This document shows positions 32,305-42,274 of a DNA stretch of 64,000 bases, in pieces; the stretch's first letter is position 1, and each line of letters starts with the position of its first letter. Below the pieces are notes generated by a model. The model saw nothing but the letters and a program-made list of their open reading frames with translations. It was not told where the DNA came from and made no database searches. The stretch is taken from positions 384,001 to 448,000 of the forward strand of contig CAWDXG010000001.1 in the NCBI GenBank assembly GCA_963806225.1, read 5' to 3'. The DNA comes from an uncultured delta proteobacterium (lineage in GTDB: Bacteria > Myxococcota_A > Polyangia > Polyangiales > Polyangiaceae). The translations under genes were made by a program, and so were the position numbers.

Positions 32305-34254
32305 ATGCATCCGACGGGCAACATCCGCATCGTCGAGAGGCTGGTCGCCGAAGGGCTGATCACGCCTGAGCAGCAGGAGGCTGCCTTGAACCAGGTGCAG
32401 ATGCTGGGCGAACGCATCGAGGAAGCGTTGCTCGAGCTCAACGCACTCGACGAGGTGTCACTGCTCAAGTACCTCGCAGCGCTGCACAAGACGCGTTTCG
32501 TCTCGACCGAGAAGCTGTCCAAGGCCGACATCGATCGCTTCACGTTGGATCGCGTTCCCAAGAAGCTGGCCGAGCGCGACACCGTTTTCCCGGTCCTGTT
32601 CGACGCCGAAGCGGGCATCTTGAGCGTGGTGACGCCCGATCCCGACAACGCGCCGGCGCTGCACGAGGTGCAGCTCGCTTCCGGCGCCAAGGAGGTGCGC
32701 GCGTTCGTGGGAAGGCCCCGCGCGGTGCGGGCGGCGATCGCCAAGGCCTACAACGGCGACATCCACGCGTTTGCTACGCTCGATCGCTCCGCGCACGAGC
32801 AGTTCAGCACGATGCTCAACGTCTACGAGCGCAACCTCGTCAGCGAGGAGAGCATGGCGACCGCGCTCGCCAAGGAGGGGACGCGCCGCGAGCGGATGAT
32901 CTCCTCGAGCGACCTCGAGACGGGGGCGAAGCGGGGCCCGGGTCGAACGGGTGCCCGGGGCGTGACGGGCGATGCCTATCTGGAGACGCTCAACGTGCTG
33001 GTCAGCTTGATCGAGAACGCCCGCCCGGACCTGCGCGGTCACTCGTCGCACGTGGCGCGGCTCATGCGCAAGGTGAGCGAGCGTATCGGGCTGTCCGAGG
33101 TGCAGAAGAGCTCGCTGATCATCGCCGGCTACATCCACGACCTGAGCAAGATGAGCGCGTACCACCTGACCACGCTCAACGTGTCGGAGTACGAGGGCCA
33201 CAAGGCGGCGGCGAAGAAGCTCTACCGCGCCCCCATCCGCCTGATGGAGGCGGTCGCGTTGCCGCGCGAGGCGACGGAAGCGGTCGAGGCCATGTACGAG
33301 CGCTTCGACGGGCAGGGCCTGCCGGGCGCGACCACCGGCAAGGACATCCCGCTCGGCGCCCGTCTGCTGGCGATCGCCGACACGTATGCCGACCTGACCC
33401 AGAACCCGCGCAACCCGTTCCGCAAGAAGCTCCGCCCGACGCAGGCGTGCGAGGTCCTTGCCCGCTACAAGGGAACCATCTTCGATCCGAACCTGGTCGA
33501 TCTGTTCAAGCACTCCGTGACGGGCGACGACCTCAAAGCGCGCCTGCTGGCGAACCGTCACCGCGCACTGATCATCGATCCGGATCCGGAGGAGACCACG
33601 GTGCTCGAGCTCAGGATGATCGAGCAGGGCTTCGAGGTACAGCAGGCGCGCAGCATGGACAAGGCGCTCAAGATCCTGCGGAAGGGCGACGTGGAAGTGG
33701 TGATCAGCGAGATCGACCTCGGCGACGAGGACGGACTCGGGCTCCTGGCGGAAGCGCGCAAGCAGCCGTGGGGCCAGAAGCTTCCCTGGATCGTCGTGAC
33801 CGGTCGCTCTGGCGGTGCCGAGGCGCAGAAAGCGTTCGAGCTGGGCGCGCAGGACTTCATGACGAAGCCGGTGAGCTCGGATCTGCTCGTCGCGAAGTTG
33901 AAGCAGATCATCGAGCGCGAGGCGGCGCAGCGCGGCCTGGGGGGCGTGTCCGGCTCGCTGTCGGAGATGAGCCTGCCGGACATGGTGCAGGTGCTGTGGC
34001 ACGGCAGGAAGACGGGCTCGCTGAAGATCCGCGCCGCGGGCGAAGCCGGTGAGATCCACTTCGTGACCGGCGCGATCTACAACGCGTTGTGGGCGAACCT
34101 CCGCGGCGAGGAAGCGTTCTACGCGATGCTCGCGCTTTCGGAAGGCGAGTTCGCGCTGGACCCGAACTTCACCGCGCCGCAGCAGGTGATCCAGGACAGT
34201 CCGGAAGCGCTGCTGCTCGAGGGCATGCGCCGGATCGACGAGCAGGTCCGCTGA
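32305..34254 (+). CDS. Multidomain signalling protein: MshEN/GSPII_E-N, degenerate HD-GYP, receiver, DUF4388
   Basis: [55 protein letters not shown] ending [35 protein letters not shown]. Confidence 0.85.
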   Translation: MHPTGNIRIVERLVAEGLITPEQQEAALNQVQMLGERIEEALLELNALDEVSLLKYLAALHKTRFVSTEKLSKADIDRFTLDRVPKKLAERDTVFPVLFDAEAGILSVVTPDPDNAPALHEVQLASGAKEVRAFVGRPRAVRAAIAKAYNGDIHAFATLDRSAHEQFSTMLNVYERNLVSEESMATALAKEGTRRERMISSSDLETGAKRGPGRTGARGVTGDAYLETLNVLVSLIENARPDLRGHSSHVARLMRKVSERIGLSEVQKSSLIIAGYIHDLSKMSAYHLTTLNVSEYEGHKAAAKKLYRAPIRLMEAVALPREATEAVEAMYERFDGQGLPGATTGKDIPLGARLLAIADTYADLTQNPRNPFRKKLRPTQACEVLARYKGTIFDPNLVDLFKHSVTGDDLKARLLANRHRALIIDPDPEETTVLELRMIEQGFEVQQARSMDKALKILRKGDVEVVISEIDLGDEDGLGLLAEARKQPWGQKLPWIVVTGRSGGAEAQKAFELGAQDFMTKPVSSDLLVAKLKQIIEREAAQRGLGGVSGSLSEMSLPDMVQVLWHGRKTGSLKIRAAGEAGEIHFVTGAIYNALWANLRGEEAFYAMLALSEGEFALDPNFTAPQQVIQDSPEALLLEGMRRIDEQVR

Positions 34255-34380
34255 TGGCGCGCCCCGTCCCGGCCGTCGAGCCCGTCGCTGCGCAGGAAAT
34301 GCGCCGGGACGTGTGCTCGCTGACCCGACGTGGTACCCTTCGAAGTCCTACTGGGAATTCCTGGTCTGGAGCGCTTGGCC

Positions 34381-35151
34381 GTGCCTAGAACGCCGCCTCC
34401 CCTGCTCGGTTTCAACAACAACGTCCGGCATCAAGGGCGGATATTCCATATCCAGACCGAGGACTCGGGCGTGAAGTACCCCCGGCTCGTCACGCATCTG
34501 TTCGCCGACGGGGGGCGCATCCTCAAGACGACGCGCACCGACTACGCCGAGCACGTGGGCCGCGAGGACATGGCGGCCGTCGTACGCCGCATGATGAAGG
34601 AGCAGCACAAGGCGATGTTCATCGCCCTGCGCTCCGGCGAGTACGACGCGCTCATCGAGGAGGCGTGCGGCCCCACGCCGGAGGCGGCGAAAGCAGCGCC
34701 GCCGGCGTCCATGCCCGAGCCCACCAGTGTGCCCGCGCCGGAGCCGGCTGTGCCCCAGCCGGCGGAAGCGCAGGCCAAGCCGAGCAAGCCTCCCCAAAAG
34801 CCGTCGAAACCTCCGAAGAAGAAGCGCGCGCGCCAGCTGTCCAACCCCAATCTGCGACGCGTCACGCCCTCGGTGCCGCCTCCCGCGGTCGACTTCGACC
34901 TGGACGTGGCGTCCATGGACGCGCATCCGCCCAAGCCGCCTCCGCCCCCCAGAGGCACGCCGGCGCACGGCACCCCGCCGGTCGCGTCCGGTCCGGGCAA
35001 GTATGCGCCCTCGCGGCCGGCTGCGATCTTCAGCGAGCCGAATTCGCCGGAGAAGCAATCGATCTTCGGCGAGAGCGTGATCAGCGAAAAATCGCTGGAC
35101 GAGGTGATCCTCAGCTACCTGGCCGAGGATCTGGAAGGTCCGCCGGACTAG
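34381..35151 (+). CDS. Hypothetical protein (globular N-terminus, Pro-rich linker, SLDEVILSYL tail)
   Basis: GFNNNVRHQGRIFHIQTEDSG; GTG 34381 preceded by GGAG; start uncertain (34330 possible). Confidence 0.7.
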   Translation: MPRTPPPLLGFNNNVRHQGRIFHIQTEDSGVKYPRLVTHLFADGGRILKTTRTDYAEHVGREDMAAVVRRMMKEQHKAMFIALRSGEYDALIEEACGPTPEAAKAAPPASMPEPTSVPAPEPAVPQPAEAQAKPSKPPQKPSKPPKKKRARQLSNPNLRRVTPSVPPPAVDFDLDVASMDAHPPKPPPPPRGTPAHGTPPVASGPGKYAPSRPAAIFSEPNSPEKQSIFGESVISEKSLDEVILSYLAEDLEGPPD

Positions 35152-37033
35152 GCCCGAGGATGTCGTCGCTCGCTTCGCGTGCGGGCGGCCTGTCGGCACC
35201 CTTCGGCTTGGCGTTCCAGATGCGCAGGCTGAGGACGAAGCCGACGACGGAGAACGGGATCAGGAAGAGCGGCCAGTAGGTCCAGCTCTTCGTGGTCAAG
35301 AAGCCGAGGCTGACCGCTTGCACCGCGGTGCCGAGATAGACGAAGCCGTCGATCGCGCCCACGGCGGTGGCCGCGCCCTTGCGTCCGCCGAAGTCCATGG
35401 TGGCCGTGCCCGACAGGACGCCGTGACAGCCGATCACGCACACGCTGATGAGGAAGACGATCGCGCCCAGGAAGAATGGGCTCATCGGCAGCACCGGGCG
35501 CGCCGGAAGCAGCCGGTGGTCGCCGGCGCGCTGCACGGCCTCGGCGTCGTGCAGGGTCACGTCGATCGTCTTGCCGCCGCGCACTAGCGTCGCCGGAATG
35601 CCGCGCTTGCCGTCGACGCCGGCGCCCGGAGCGTGCTCTTCGATGCGGGCCGAGCACATGCAGGACTTCGCGTCCCAGCTCGAGTTCTTGCAGAGCGGTT
35701 CCCAGCAGGCGACGGCGTGGCGCACATCGGACCAGCTCTTGACGTGTTCGTGTCCGGCGATCGTTACGATCCGGTCGCCCTTCTGGAGGCCGCTGGCCGG
35801 CTTGGCGCTGGCCACCACGTTCGACGCCGGCGCGAGCACGAACGCCATCACGATGGTGCACACGATCATCACGGCGTAGAGCGCGGCGGCGACCGGTCCG
35901 CGCCGGCTCTGGAACACGAGGTCGGAGACCCAGCCCGCGACGTTGCCGCCGATCACACCGGCGATCATCAACAGGCCGCCCCAGCCGAACATGAAGAACG
36001 GAGCGAGGAAGGCCAGCGACGCGGCAATGATGAGGTACGCGCGGCGCGAGCCTCGGGTGCGGGTGGCGAGGAAGCCGGAGATCGCCGAGACGGCAAAGCA
36101 GACGACCGCGACCTCCCAGTGCTCGCGCGAGCCGTAGCGGAGCAGGTGGTCGCCCGGCAGCGCCCAGATCTCCTTCGCGTAGAATGGGAACCAGTGCATC
36201 ACACCGTTGCGCAGCACGCCCGTGCAGAACTCGATGAGCGCGATGGTTAGGATGATGGGGTTGGTGAGGATGCGCTTGAGCAGCTGGCCGGTGCGCTCGG
36301 GCGTCTCGCTGGTGTCGCCGGAGGAGGCGTCGCCCGTGTCGAAGTCCTCGAAGCCCGCCTGCCCGGGGCGATCGCGCAGGAGGAAGAACTCGATCGCGCA
36401 CATCGAGCCGAGCAGCATGGCGGGGATGGCGAAAATCACCCACTGGTTCGGATGGCCGGGGTTGATCGCGTTGACGCCGTCGAGCAGCCACGCATTGCCG
36501 GTGAACGCGAAGAAGATGCCGCTCGAGATCATCGTGCCGAAGATCCCCGAGAAGCCGCCGCGCTCGTTCACGTGGAACCAGTGCGCGTTGACCTTGACGA
36601 TGGAGACGGCGCCGAAGCTCTGGAAGTACATGTTCAGCGCGTACAGCAGGCTGAACACGAGCGTGAGCGGTGCGGCGCTCGAGTCGCCGGAGCGCAGGAT
36701 GTGGAACAGGTAGGCCGCCATGGCGAAGTTCATCGCCATCGCGCCGGCTGTGGAGCCGATCATCCCGCGGCGGCCGCCCAGCCTGTCGATGAGCGGGCCG
36801 TTCACCAGGAACGCGAACGCGTAGACGAAGGTGCCGACACCGAAGATGATGCCGAACTGCTCCTTGGTCATCAGGTCGCCGAGCGACGTCTTGGCGACCG
36901 TGAGGTTGTAGCGCCCCATGTACAGGAACGCGTAGCTGAGCCCCAACGGGAACCAGTTGAGGAAGCGGCGTCTCCTGAACGCGCTCGAATGTCTGAAGAG
37001 CGGTTCGGCCGGAGCGGCGACGATGGGGGCCAT
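35111..37033 (-). CDS. GlpT/UhpC-type MFS transporter with an inserted PDZ-like domain
   Basis: YAFLYMGRYNL, NGPLIDRLGGRR, WFHVNERG, GWVSD, TAVGAIDGFVYLG; insert SGLQKGDRIVTIAG...LVRGGK. Confidence 0.85.
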   Translation of the reverse strand: MAPIVAAPAEPLFRHSSAFRRRRFLNWFPLGLSYAFLYMGRYNLTVAKTSLGDLMTKEQFGIIFGVGTFVYAFAFLVNGPLIDRLGGRRGMIGSTAGAMAMNFAMAAYLFHILRSGDSSAAPLTLVFSLLYALNMYFQSFGAVSIVKVNAHWFHVNERGGFSGIFGTMISSGIFFAFTGNAWLLDGVNAINPGHPNQWVIFAIPAMLLGSMCAIEFFLLRDRPGQAGFEDFDTGDASSGDTSETPERTGQLLKRILTNPIILTIALIEFCTGVLRNGVMHWFPFYAKEIWALPGDHLLRYGSREHWEVAVVCFAVSAISGFLATRTRGSRRAYLIIAASLAFLAPFFMFGWGGLLMIAGVIGGNVAGWVSDLVFQSRRGPVAAALYAVMIVCTIVMAFVLAPASNVVASAKPASGLQKGDRIVTIAGHEHVKSWSDVRHAVACWEPLCKNSSWDAKSCMCSARIEEHAPGAGVDGKRGIPATLVRGGKTIDVTLHDAEAVQRAGDHRLLPARPVLPMSPFFLGAIVFLISVCVIGCHGVLSGTATMDFGGRKGAATAVGAIDGFVYLGTAVQAVSLGFLTTKSWTYWPLFLIPFSVVGFVLSLRIWNAKPKGADRPPAREASDDILGPSPADLPDPRPGS

Positions 37034-37286
37034 GGGGGAGCGGGCGGGAGGATACACATCCGCGCCACCGAGCGGGGCGCGATGACCCGCCGGGCGCCAG
37101 GTGTCACCGGAATGTCACCCGGCGGGACGGGGCCGGCGGGGCGGGGCAGCGCCGGCGGCGCAGCGGCCACGCGCCGGCCTTGGCCAGATGGCCGAAGCGC
37201 GCAAGCAGCCCAGCGCGAGCCAGCCGCGCCCCGGTCGGCCTTCCAGCTTGACTCCAGCCAGGAAAATGGGAACGGTCCCCCTCCTC

Positions 37287-37361
37287 GGCGAGGTAGCCAA
37301 GTGGTTAGGCAACGGTTTGCAAAACCGTCATACGCCGGTTCGAATCCGGTCCTCGCCTCCA
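37287..37361 (+). tRNA. tRNA-Cys(GCA)
   Basis: Acceptor GGCGAGG/CCTCGCC, anticodon arm ACGGT-TTGCAAA-ACCGT, T-loop GGTTCGAATCC, U73 discriminator, encoded CCA. Confidence 0.97.
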
Positions 37362-37652
37362 GGTAACAACGCGAAGCCGTTGGAGTTTCCAGAATCGACG
37401 ACGAGAGCGCGCTGAGAGTGTCGGCGCTCTGCTGTCTTTTCGCTTCCAGGATCGGTGGCGACCTGAAGGTCGGCGGCCGCGCGCGGGGCGGCTCTTCTGG
37501 TCGAGTCGATCACGAGCGCATTCGAGACGCCTTCGGCGGCTTGAAGGAGGACTACCCGGGCATGCGCGACCTGCTCCGTGACGGGCTCGAACGCTGCGTT
37601 GGGAGCGGATCACCTCGGCTGTCGACATGACGTGCTCAGGACTCCGGCAGAC

Positions 37653-37868
37653 CTACACGAAGATTTCCTCCGGGTTCACGTTGAACACGACCTCGCAGTC
37701 GCAGTAGCCCCCGAAGTGCCCCAGCGACTCGGCCAGCACGGCCGGATCGATCTCGTTCGCGGCTGCCCAGGCCCGGGTCGCTCGCAATGAGTGGTCGCAT
37801 CCGGCGTTCTCGACCTCGGCCTCCACGTAGTCGAGCAGTTCGTCGAGCTGGTCGGCGTCGAGCACCAT
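37653..37868 (-). CDS. DUF2695 domain protein (start region possibly disrupted; frame stays open to about 37941)
   Basis: CDHSLRAT...GGYCDCEVVFN. Confidence 0.7.
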   Translation of the reverse strand: MVLDADQLDELLDYVEAEVENAGCDHSLRATRAWAAANEIDPAVLAESLGHFGGYCDCEVVFNVNPEEIFV

Positions 37869-37940
37869 GTGGCTTCGCGCTTCGGCTCGCTCGGTCTTCT
37901 TGTACGCCTGCTTGAGTCGCCTGCGCTCTGCATCGTTGGG

Positions 37941-38324
37941 CTACAATACGCCCGGAGACGAAGTTCGAGGAGCTGCCGCCGCCTTCCGTGATGCCTGGGC
38001 GGTGATCCCAGGGTCGGAGATGAAGTGAACCGCTCCGACGATTCCGTCCACCGGTTCGGCTTCAGTCCGGAACCATCGAAGGAACCAATCACGCACGGGG
38101 GAAAGCGCATCGATCTCGACTGGCGGGCGCAATTCGATGCCGCAGTAGTCGCCACTGGCGAAGGGCTGGAAGACATCGGTCAGAAGCTCGCGCAGGCGTT
38201 GGTACACCCGTTCGTCGACATCTCCGGTTCGAAACGGCACGCCGCGTTCGAGCCAGCCCACAGCGCGGAGGCTGCCCACAGCGCCGAAGTAGTCGAGAGG
38301 TTCCAGATCCCTGTAGGCCGCCAA
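37941..38324 (-). pseudogene. Probable chimeric or fragmentary hypothetical gene
   Basis: YRDLEPLDY..AVGWLERG..FRTG N-terminus changes character after about QPFASG; no clear terminal structure. Confidence 0.35.
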
Positions 38325-38479
38325 GATCGTGCCCCGCCATCGACCTCGGTATCCGCAACCGGTGGGCGGAAGGCGAAGGATGGGCACGCTATACCCTTCC
38401 ACTGTGCGGTCCACGGGTTGGCTGGTGAATGAAGCGCGGATGACCCGCGCGTTCACCGTCCTTGTCATCGACGCCAGCG

Positions 38480-40159
38480 CTACCGGGCGCGCAGTGCGCT
38501 ACACGCAGTCGGGATCCCGCCGTCGCAAGCCCGCTTGAGCAGCTTCGCCCCATTCGCCTTGTCTTGCGCGACGCCGGTTCCCTGCTCGTAGCGAAGTCCG
38601 AGCACCAGACAGCTTCCCGCATTGCCGAGATCGCACGCGCGCCCGAGCAGCTCGATGCCCTTCGCGTTGTCCTTCGTCACGCCGTCACCGAGGAAGTAGA
38701 GCTTCGCTTCGTGATCGCACGCTGACGAGTCCTTCGCTTCGCACGCCATCGTGAACAGCTCGGCCGCGCGCCCTGCATCCTTCTTGACGCCGAGTCCGGC
38801 CTCGTACGCGGCACCGAGCGACACGCATCCGAATTTGCTCCCGGCCCTGCACCCGCGCTTCAGGAAGAACGCACCTCGCTCGACATCCTTCGCGACGCCG
38901 AGCCCCTGCTGGTAGATCAGGCCCAGCGTCGCGCACGAATCGCCGTCGCCTCCATCGCAACCCCGATCCACCAGTGGGACAATCTGTGTGGTGTCGCCCG
39001 CATGCTTCTTCATGAGGAAGGCCATCTGGGTCGTGCACGCCTTGGCCCAGCCGGCCGTACACGCCTTGTGCAGGAGCGTCATGGCGCGCTTCTCGTCCGG
39101 GGCGAGGCCAGTCCCCGCGATGAGCATTTCCCCGAGTCGTGAGCAGGCTGGCACGTCGTCCCCGGCGCATGCCTTGTCGTAGAGAGCGGCGGCCTTCGCG
39201 GGGTCCTTCCCGACGCCCTCTCCGCGCTCGCTCATCAGTCCGAGGCGCGTGCAGCTCGGAGCGTTGCCCTGCTGGCACTGTTTTTTGCAATCCCGCCCTT
39301 CGCCGTACGCGCAGAGATGCGGAACGGACGGCTTCGCGCGCGCACACTTGCCGGCCTCGAACACCGCGCCGGTCGGACAGTTGTTCTGCGTGGCGTACTC
39401 GACGAAGGGATCGTAGCCAAGCTGGACGGGCTTCGCGGACACGGCCTTCAATTCCAGCCGCACGGGAGACGCGCATTGCGGCGACGGCGACTTCGCGGAG
39501 GGATCGGAAGCGCGACAGCTGTCGGGGTCGCCGTCCTTGTCGACGATCTCCTTGTTCGATGTCGACGAGCCGCTGGCACCGAGCGACAGGATGTCGGCGG
39601 CGGCCTGGACCTTGCCGCTGGTGTTCTTGCGGGTGACGAACGCGCCGACCGTGGCCTCACGGACAAAATGCGTCGCGCCTGCGCAGTCACCGACGAGATC
39701 CGACTTGGCTACCACGGGAAGGCTCGCCACTTGCTCCCCCACGATGGCCATCGCCGCATCGAAAGCTGCCCCACGCTGCATGCCGCCGCCGAGCCGCCCG
39801 TGCGAGAAGGGCAGGTTCAGCTTCAGCTCGTCGGCATTCGCAAGATGAATGACCTGCTGCTTCAGCGTCGTGCCGATGAAGCCGTAGCTCCCGTCGACGT
39901 GGCAGTCACGGAGGATGCGCGCCTGCTTGCAGTCGTAGGACACCACCGCGATGCCCTGCTTCATCGCGACTCCGAGATCCGCGCGATCCTCTGGTCGCCA
40001 GTCGACCGCCAGTGGGCGGGCGAGGTTTGGAACGCCGGTACAGGCGACGGCTCCCGTGGCTTCCCCGTAGGTAGGGGCCTTCGGTCGTACGGCTTTGCCC
40101 GCAGAGCCCGGTCCGCATGCCGTGACCCCCAGGACGAAAAGAAGTGTCCAGCTCCTCAC
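38480..40159 (-). CDS. Lipoprotein with C-terminal Sel1-like (Cys-rich Hcp-type) repeats
   Basis: Lipobox VTAC; repeats CxxLGxxYxxGxGVxKDxxRAxxxxxxAC. Confidence 0.85.
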   Translation of the reverse strand: MRSWTLLFVLGVTACGPGSAGKAVRPKAPTYGEATGAVACTGVPNLARPLAVDWRPEDRADLGVAMKQGIAVVSYDCKQARILRDCHVDGSYGFIGTTLKQQVIHLANADELKLNLPFSHGRLGGGMQRGAAFDAAMAIVGEQVASLPVVAKSDLVGDCAGATHFVREATVGAFVTRKNTSGKVQAAADILSLGASGSSTSNKEIVDKDGDPDSCRASDPSAKSPSPQCASPVRLELKAVSAKPVQLGYDPFVEYATQNNCPTGAVFEAGKCARAKPSVPHLCAYGEGRDCKKQCQQGNAPSCTRLGLMSERGEGVGKDPAKAAALYDKACAGDDVPACSRLGEMLIAGTGLAPDEKRAMTLLHKACTAGWAKACTTQMAFLMKKHAGDTTQIVPLVDRGCDGGDGDSCATLGLIYQQGLGVAKDVERGAFFLKRGCRAGSKFGCVSLGAAYEAGLGVKKDAGRAAELFTMACEAKDSSACDHEAKLYFLGDGVTKDNAKGIELLGRACDLGNAGSCLVLGLRYEQGTGVAQDKANGAKLLKRACDGGIPTACSALRAR

Positions 40160-40213
40160 GGGCAAGGGACTATAGTCGGCGTTGGCGCTTGATACCATCC
40201 AGGAAAAAGCTTC

Positions 40214-40642
40214 CTACAGGCACACCCACATCAGCAGCTGCTTGCCCTCGTTCCGCGCGCGCTCTGCCAGCCCGCACAAGGCGTCGAGCAGCATGCGGAC
40301 CTCGGACCGCTTCCAGCCGTCCAGCTTGAACTCCTCGATCTCGGCCCAGCTCTCCGCGGCGCGCTTCCGCTCGTGGCCGTGAAGATCCGCCAGAGCCTCC
40401 ACTAGATCAGCCGGAACGGCGAACACCCACGGTCCCTCCCGCTCGTCTTCCTGGGCCAGCACGGCAAAGTCGCGCACGCTGGCGGCATCCCACACGCTCT
40501 CGGAAAGGATAGCGCGCAGCAGATCGAGCTTCACGACATCGACGCCTTTCGCATCGATGCCCGGGAACGCCTCGCTCGGGACGCTGGCTCGAAGGACCGC
40601 CTCTGCGCCGTCGGCGATCACGATGTCGGTGAGGACGCCCAT
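40214..40642 (-). CDS. Hypothetical protein
   Basis: SD AAGGAG, MGVLTDIVIA...LLMWVCL, coding-like composition. Confidence 0.7.
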   Translation of the reverse strand: MGVLTDIVIADGAEAVLRASVPSEAFPGIDAKGVDVVKLDLLRAILSESVWDAASVRDFAVLAQEDEREGPWVFAVPADLVEALADLHGHERKRAAESWAEIEEFKLDGWKRSEVRMLLDALCGLAERARNEGKQLLMWVCL

Positions 40643-41039
40643 CTTCTGCTCCTTCGCTTCGGCTCGCGTTCCGGAAAGTGTTGGTCGGTCATGGCTCGGA
40701 AAGATGCCAATGTCCGTCGATGAGCCGACAGTACGACAGCTGCCATCAGGTACAGCGCTCGGCCGAGATGCCCGTGGGCCACACGTCATGATGGCTCCGG
40801 TCGTCGAGCGACGGCAACCAGGCTCTCGCTCGTGACAACTCGGAAACCTTGCGCGTCGCACCCCTCGGAAATGACGCATCGCAATCAGGATCGCCAGGCA
40901 GGCTGCGGATGAAGTGCTGCGGTAGGGCATGGGGGTGCAACTGTGTGCATAGTCAATTGTTCGATCGTGTCGGCTTGCCCTTCGGCAACGGAGTGGAAGT
41001 GATAGAATCCGGGGTGGCTGCTGCGACAAGGGGTACGGG

Positions 41040-42152
41040 ATGACACGCGCGCGCAGGTTCCACTGGGTTGGGTTGTTGGCGTTGGTGCTCGAGGCTCTGG
41101 CTTCGGGAGGCTGCGGCGGGATGTCGAGTCTGGGGGCCGGTGGCAGCTCGGGTTCGGGTACGGGCGGCAGCTCCGGTGCGGGCATCGGTGGTAGCTCTGG
41201 TGCGGGCATCGGTGGCAGCGCAGGCGCGGTGGGCACCGGCGGGGCGGGCGGGAGTCACAGCGATGGCGGCTGCGGCGCGAGCAACGTCCCGCGACAGCTG
41301 GTCACGCTCACGCCAGACTTCGCAGAGGAGATCGCCGTCGACGCCAACCATATCTACTGGGGGAAAACGAGCAACGTGAGCGGCGACAGCGTAGTGAAGC
41401 TTGCTCTCGATGGCGGCACACCGGTCACGCTCGCCTCGACGCAGCGCGGTCCAGGCGGCATCGCCGTCGACGCGAACAGCGTCTATTGGACTTCCCTCTA
41501 CTACCAGGACTGCGGCGTGATGAAGGTTGGCCTTGGCGGCGGCACACCAGTCACACTCGCGTCGGTGCCTGATATCTCGAGACCCGTCGTCATCGACGCG
41601 AACAGCGTCTACTGGATGAGCTACGGGTACGACACCGCCGACGTGATGAAGGTCGGCCTCGACGGCGGCTCGCCGGTCACCCTCGCGTCGGTGCAGGGCT
41701 TGCCGACGGACTTCGTCGTCGATGCGAATAGTCTCTACTGGACGGACGAGGTTGCCGGCACCGTGATGAAGGTTGCTATCGACGGCGGAGCGCCGGTCAC
41801 CCTCGCGTCGGGCCAGCAGCCGGCCATGGGCGGCAACCATCCGAGCCTCGCCGTGGACGCGGACAGCATCTACTGGACGAACGAGGTTGCCGGCACCGTG
41901 ATGAAGCTTGCGCTCGACGGTGGGACGCCGGTCGCGCTGGCACAGGCCTACGAGCCACTCAGCATCGCCATCGACGCGAACTTCGTCTACTGGACGGAGA
42001 ACCAAGGCAACGTGATGAAGGTCTGTCGGGACGGAGGGACGCCGATCACGCTCGCGTCGAAGCAGACCGTGCCTCACGACATCGTCGTCGACAAGAACAG
42101 CGTCTACTGGACGACCTGGGGCGGCGGCGTGATGAAGCTCACGCCCAAGTGA
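41040..42152 (+). CDS. Secreted beta-propeller repeat protein (YWT-type repeats), probable lipoprotein
   Basis: About 7 repeats of IAVDANSVYWT...VMKVxLDGGTPVTLAS after a signal and Gly linker. Confidence 0.8.
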   Translation: MTRARRFHWVGLLALVLEALASGGCGGMSSLGAGGSSGSGTGGSSGAGIGGSSGAGIGGSAGAVGTGGAGGSHSDGGCGASNVPRQLVTLTPDFAEEIAVDANHIYWGKTSNVSGDSVVKLALDGGTPVTLASTQRGPGGIAVDANSVYWTSLYYQDCGVMKVGLGGGTPVTLASVPDISRPVVIDANSVYWMSYGYDTADVMKVGLDGGSPVTLASVQGLPTDFVVDANSLYWTDEVAGTVMKVAIDGGAPVTLASGQQPAMGGNHPSLAVDADSIYWTNEVAGTVMKLALDGGTPVALAQAYEPLSIAIDANFVYWTENQGNVMKVCRDGGTPITLASKQTVPHDIVVDKNSVYWTTWGGGVMKLTPK

Positions 42153-42274
42153 TCACTTCCCAGCGTTCGTGTTACCGGACGTAACAAGCTTGCCACTTCA
42201 TCGTCCGATCCCACAGCAATCCCGCGCACATCATCCTTCGACGCGAAACGCTGCCGGGGTGTTCGTCGCCGCGC

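Noticed and set aside
42170..42186. Palindrome TGTTAC-N5-GTAACA as an operator
   Set aside because: Lies between convergent gene ends with no promoter to control; single occurrence noticed
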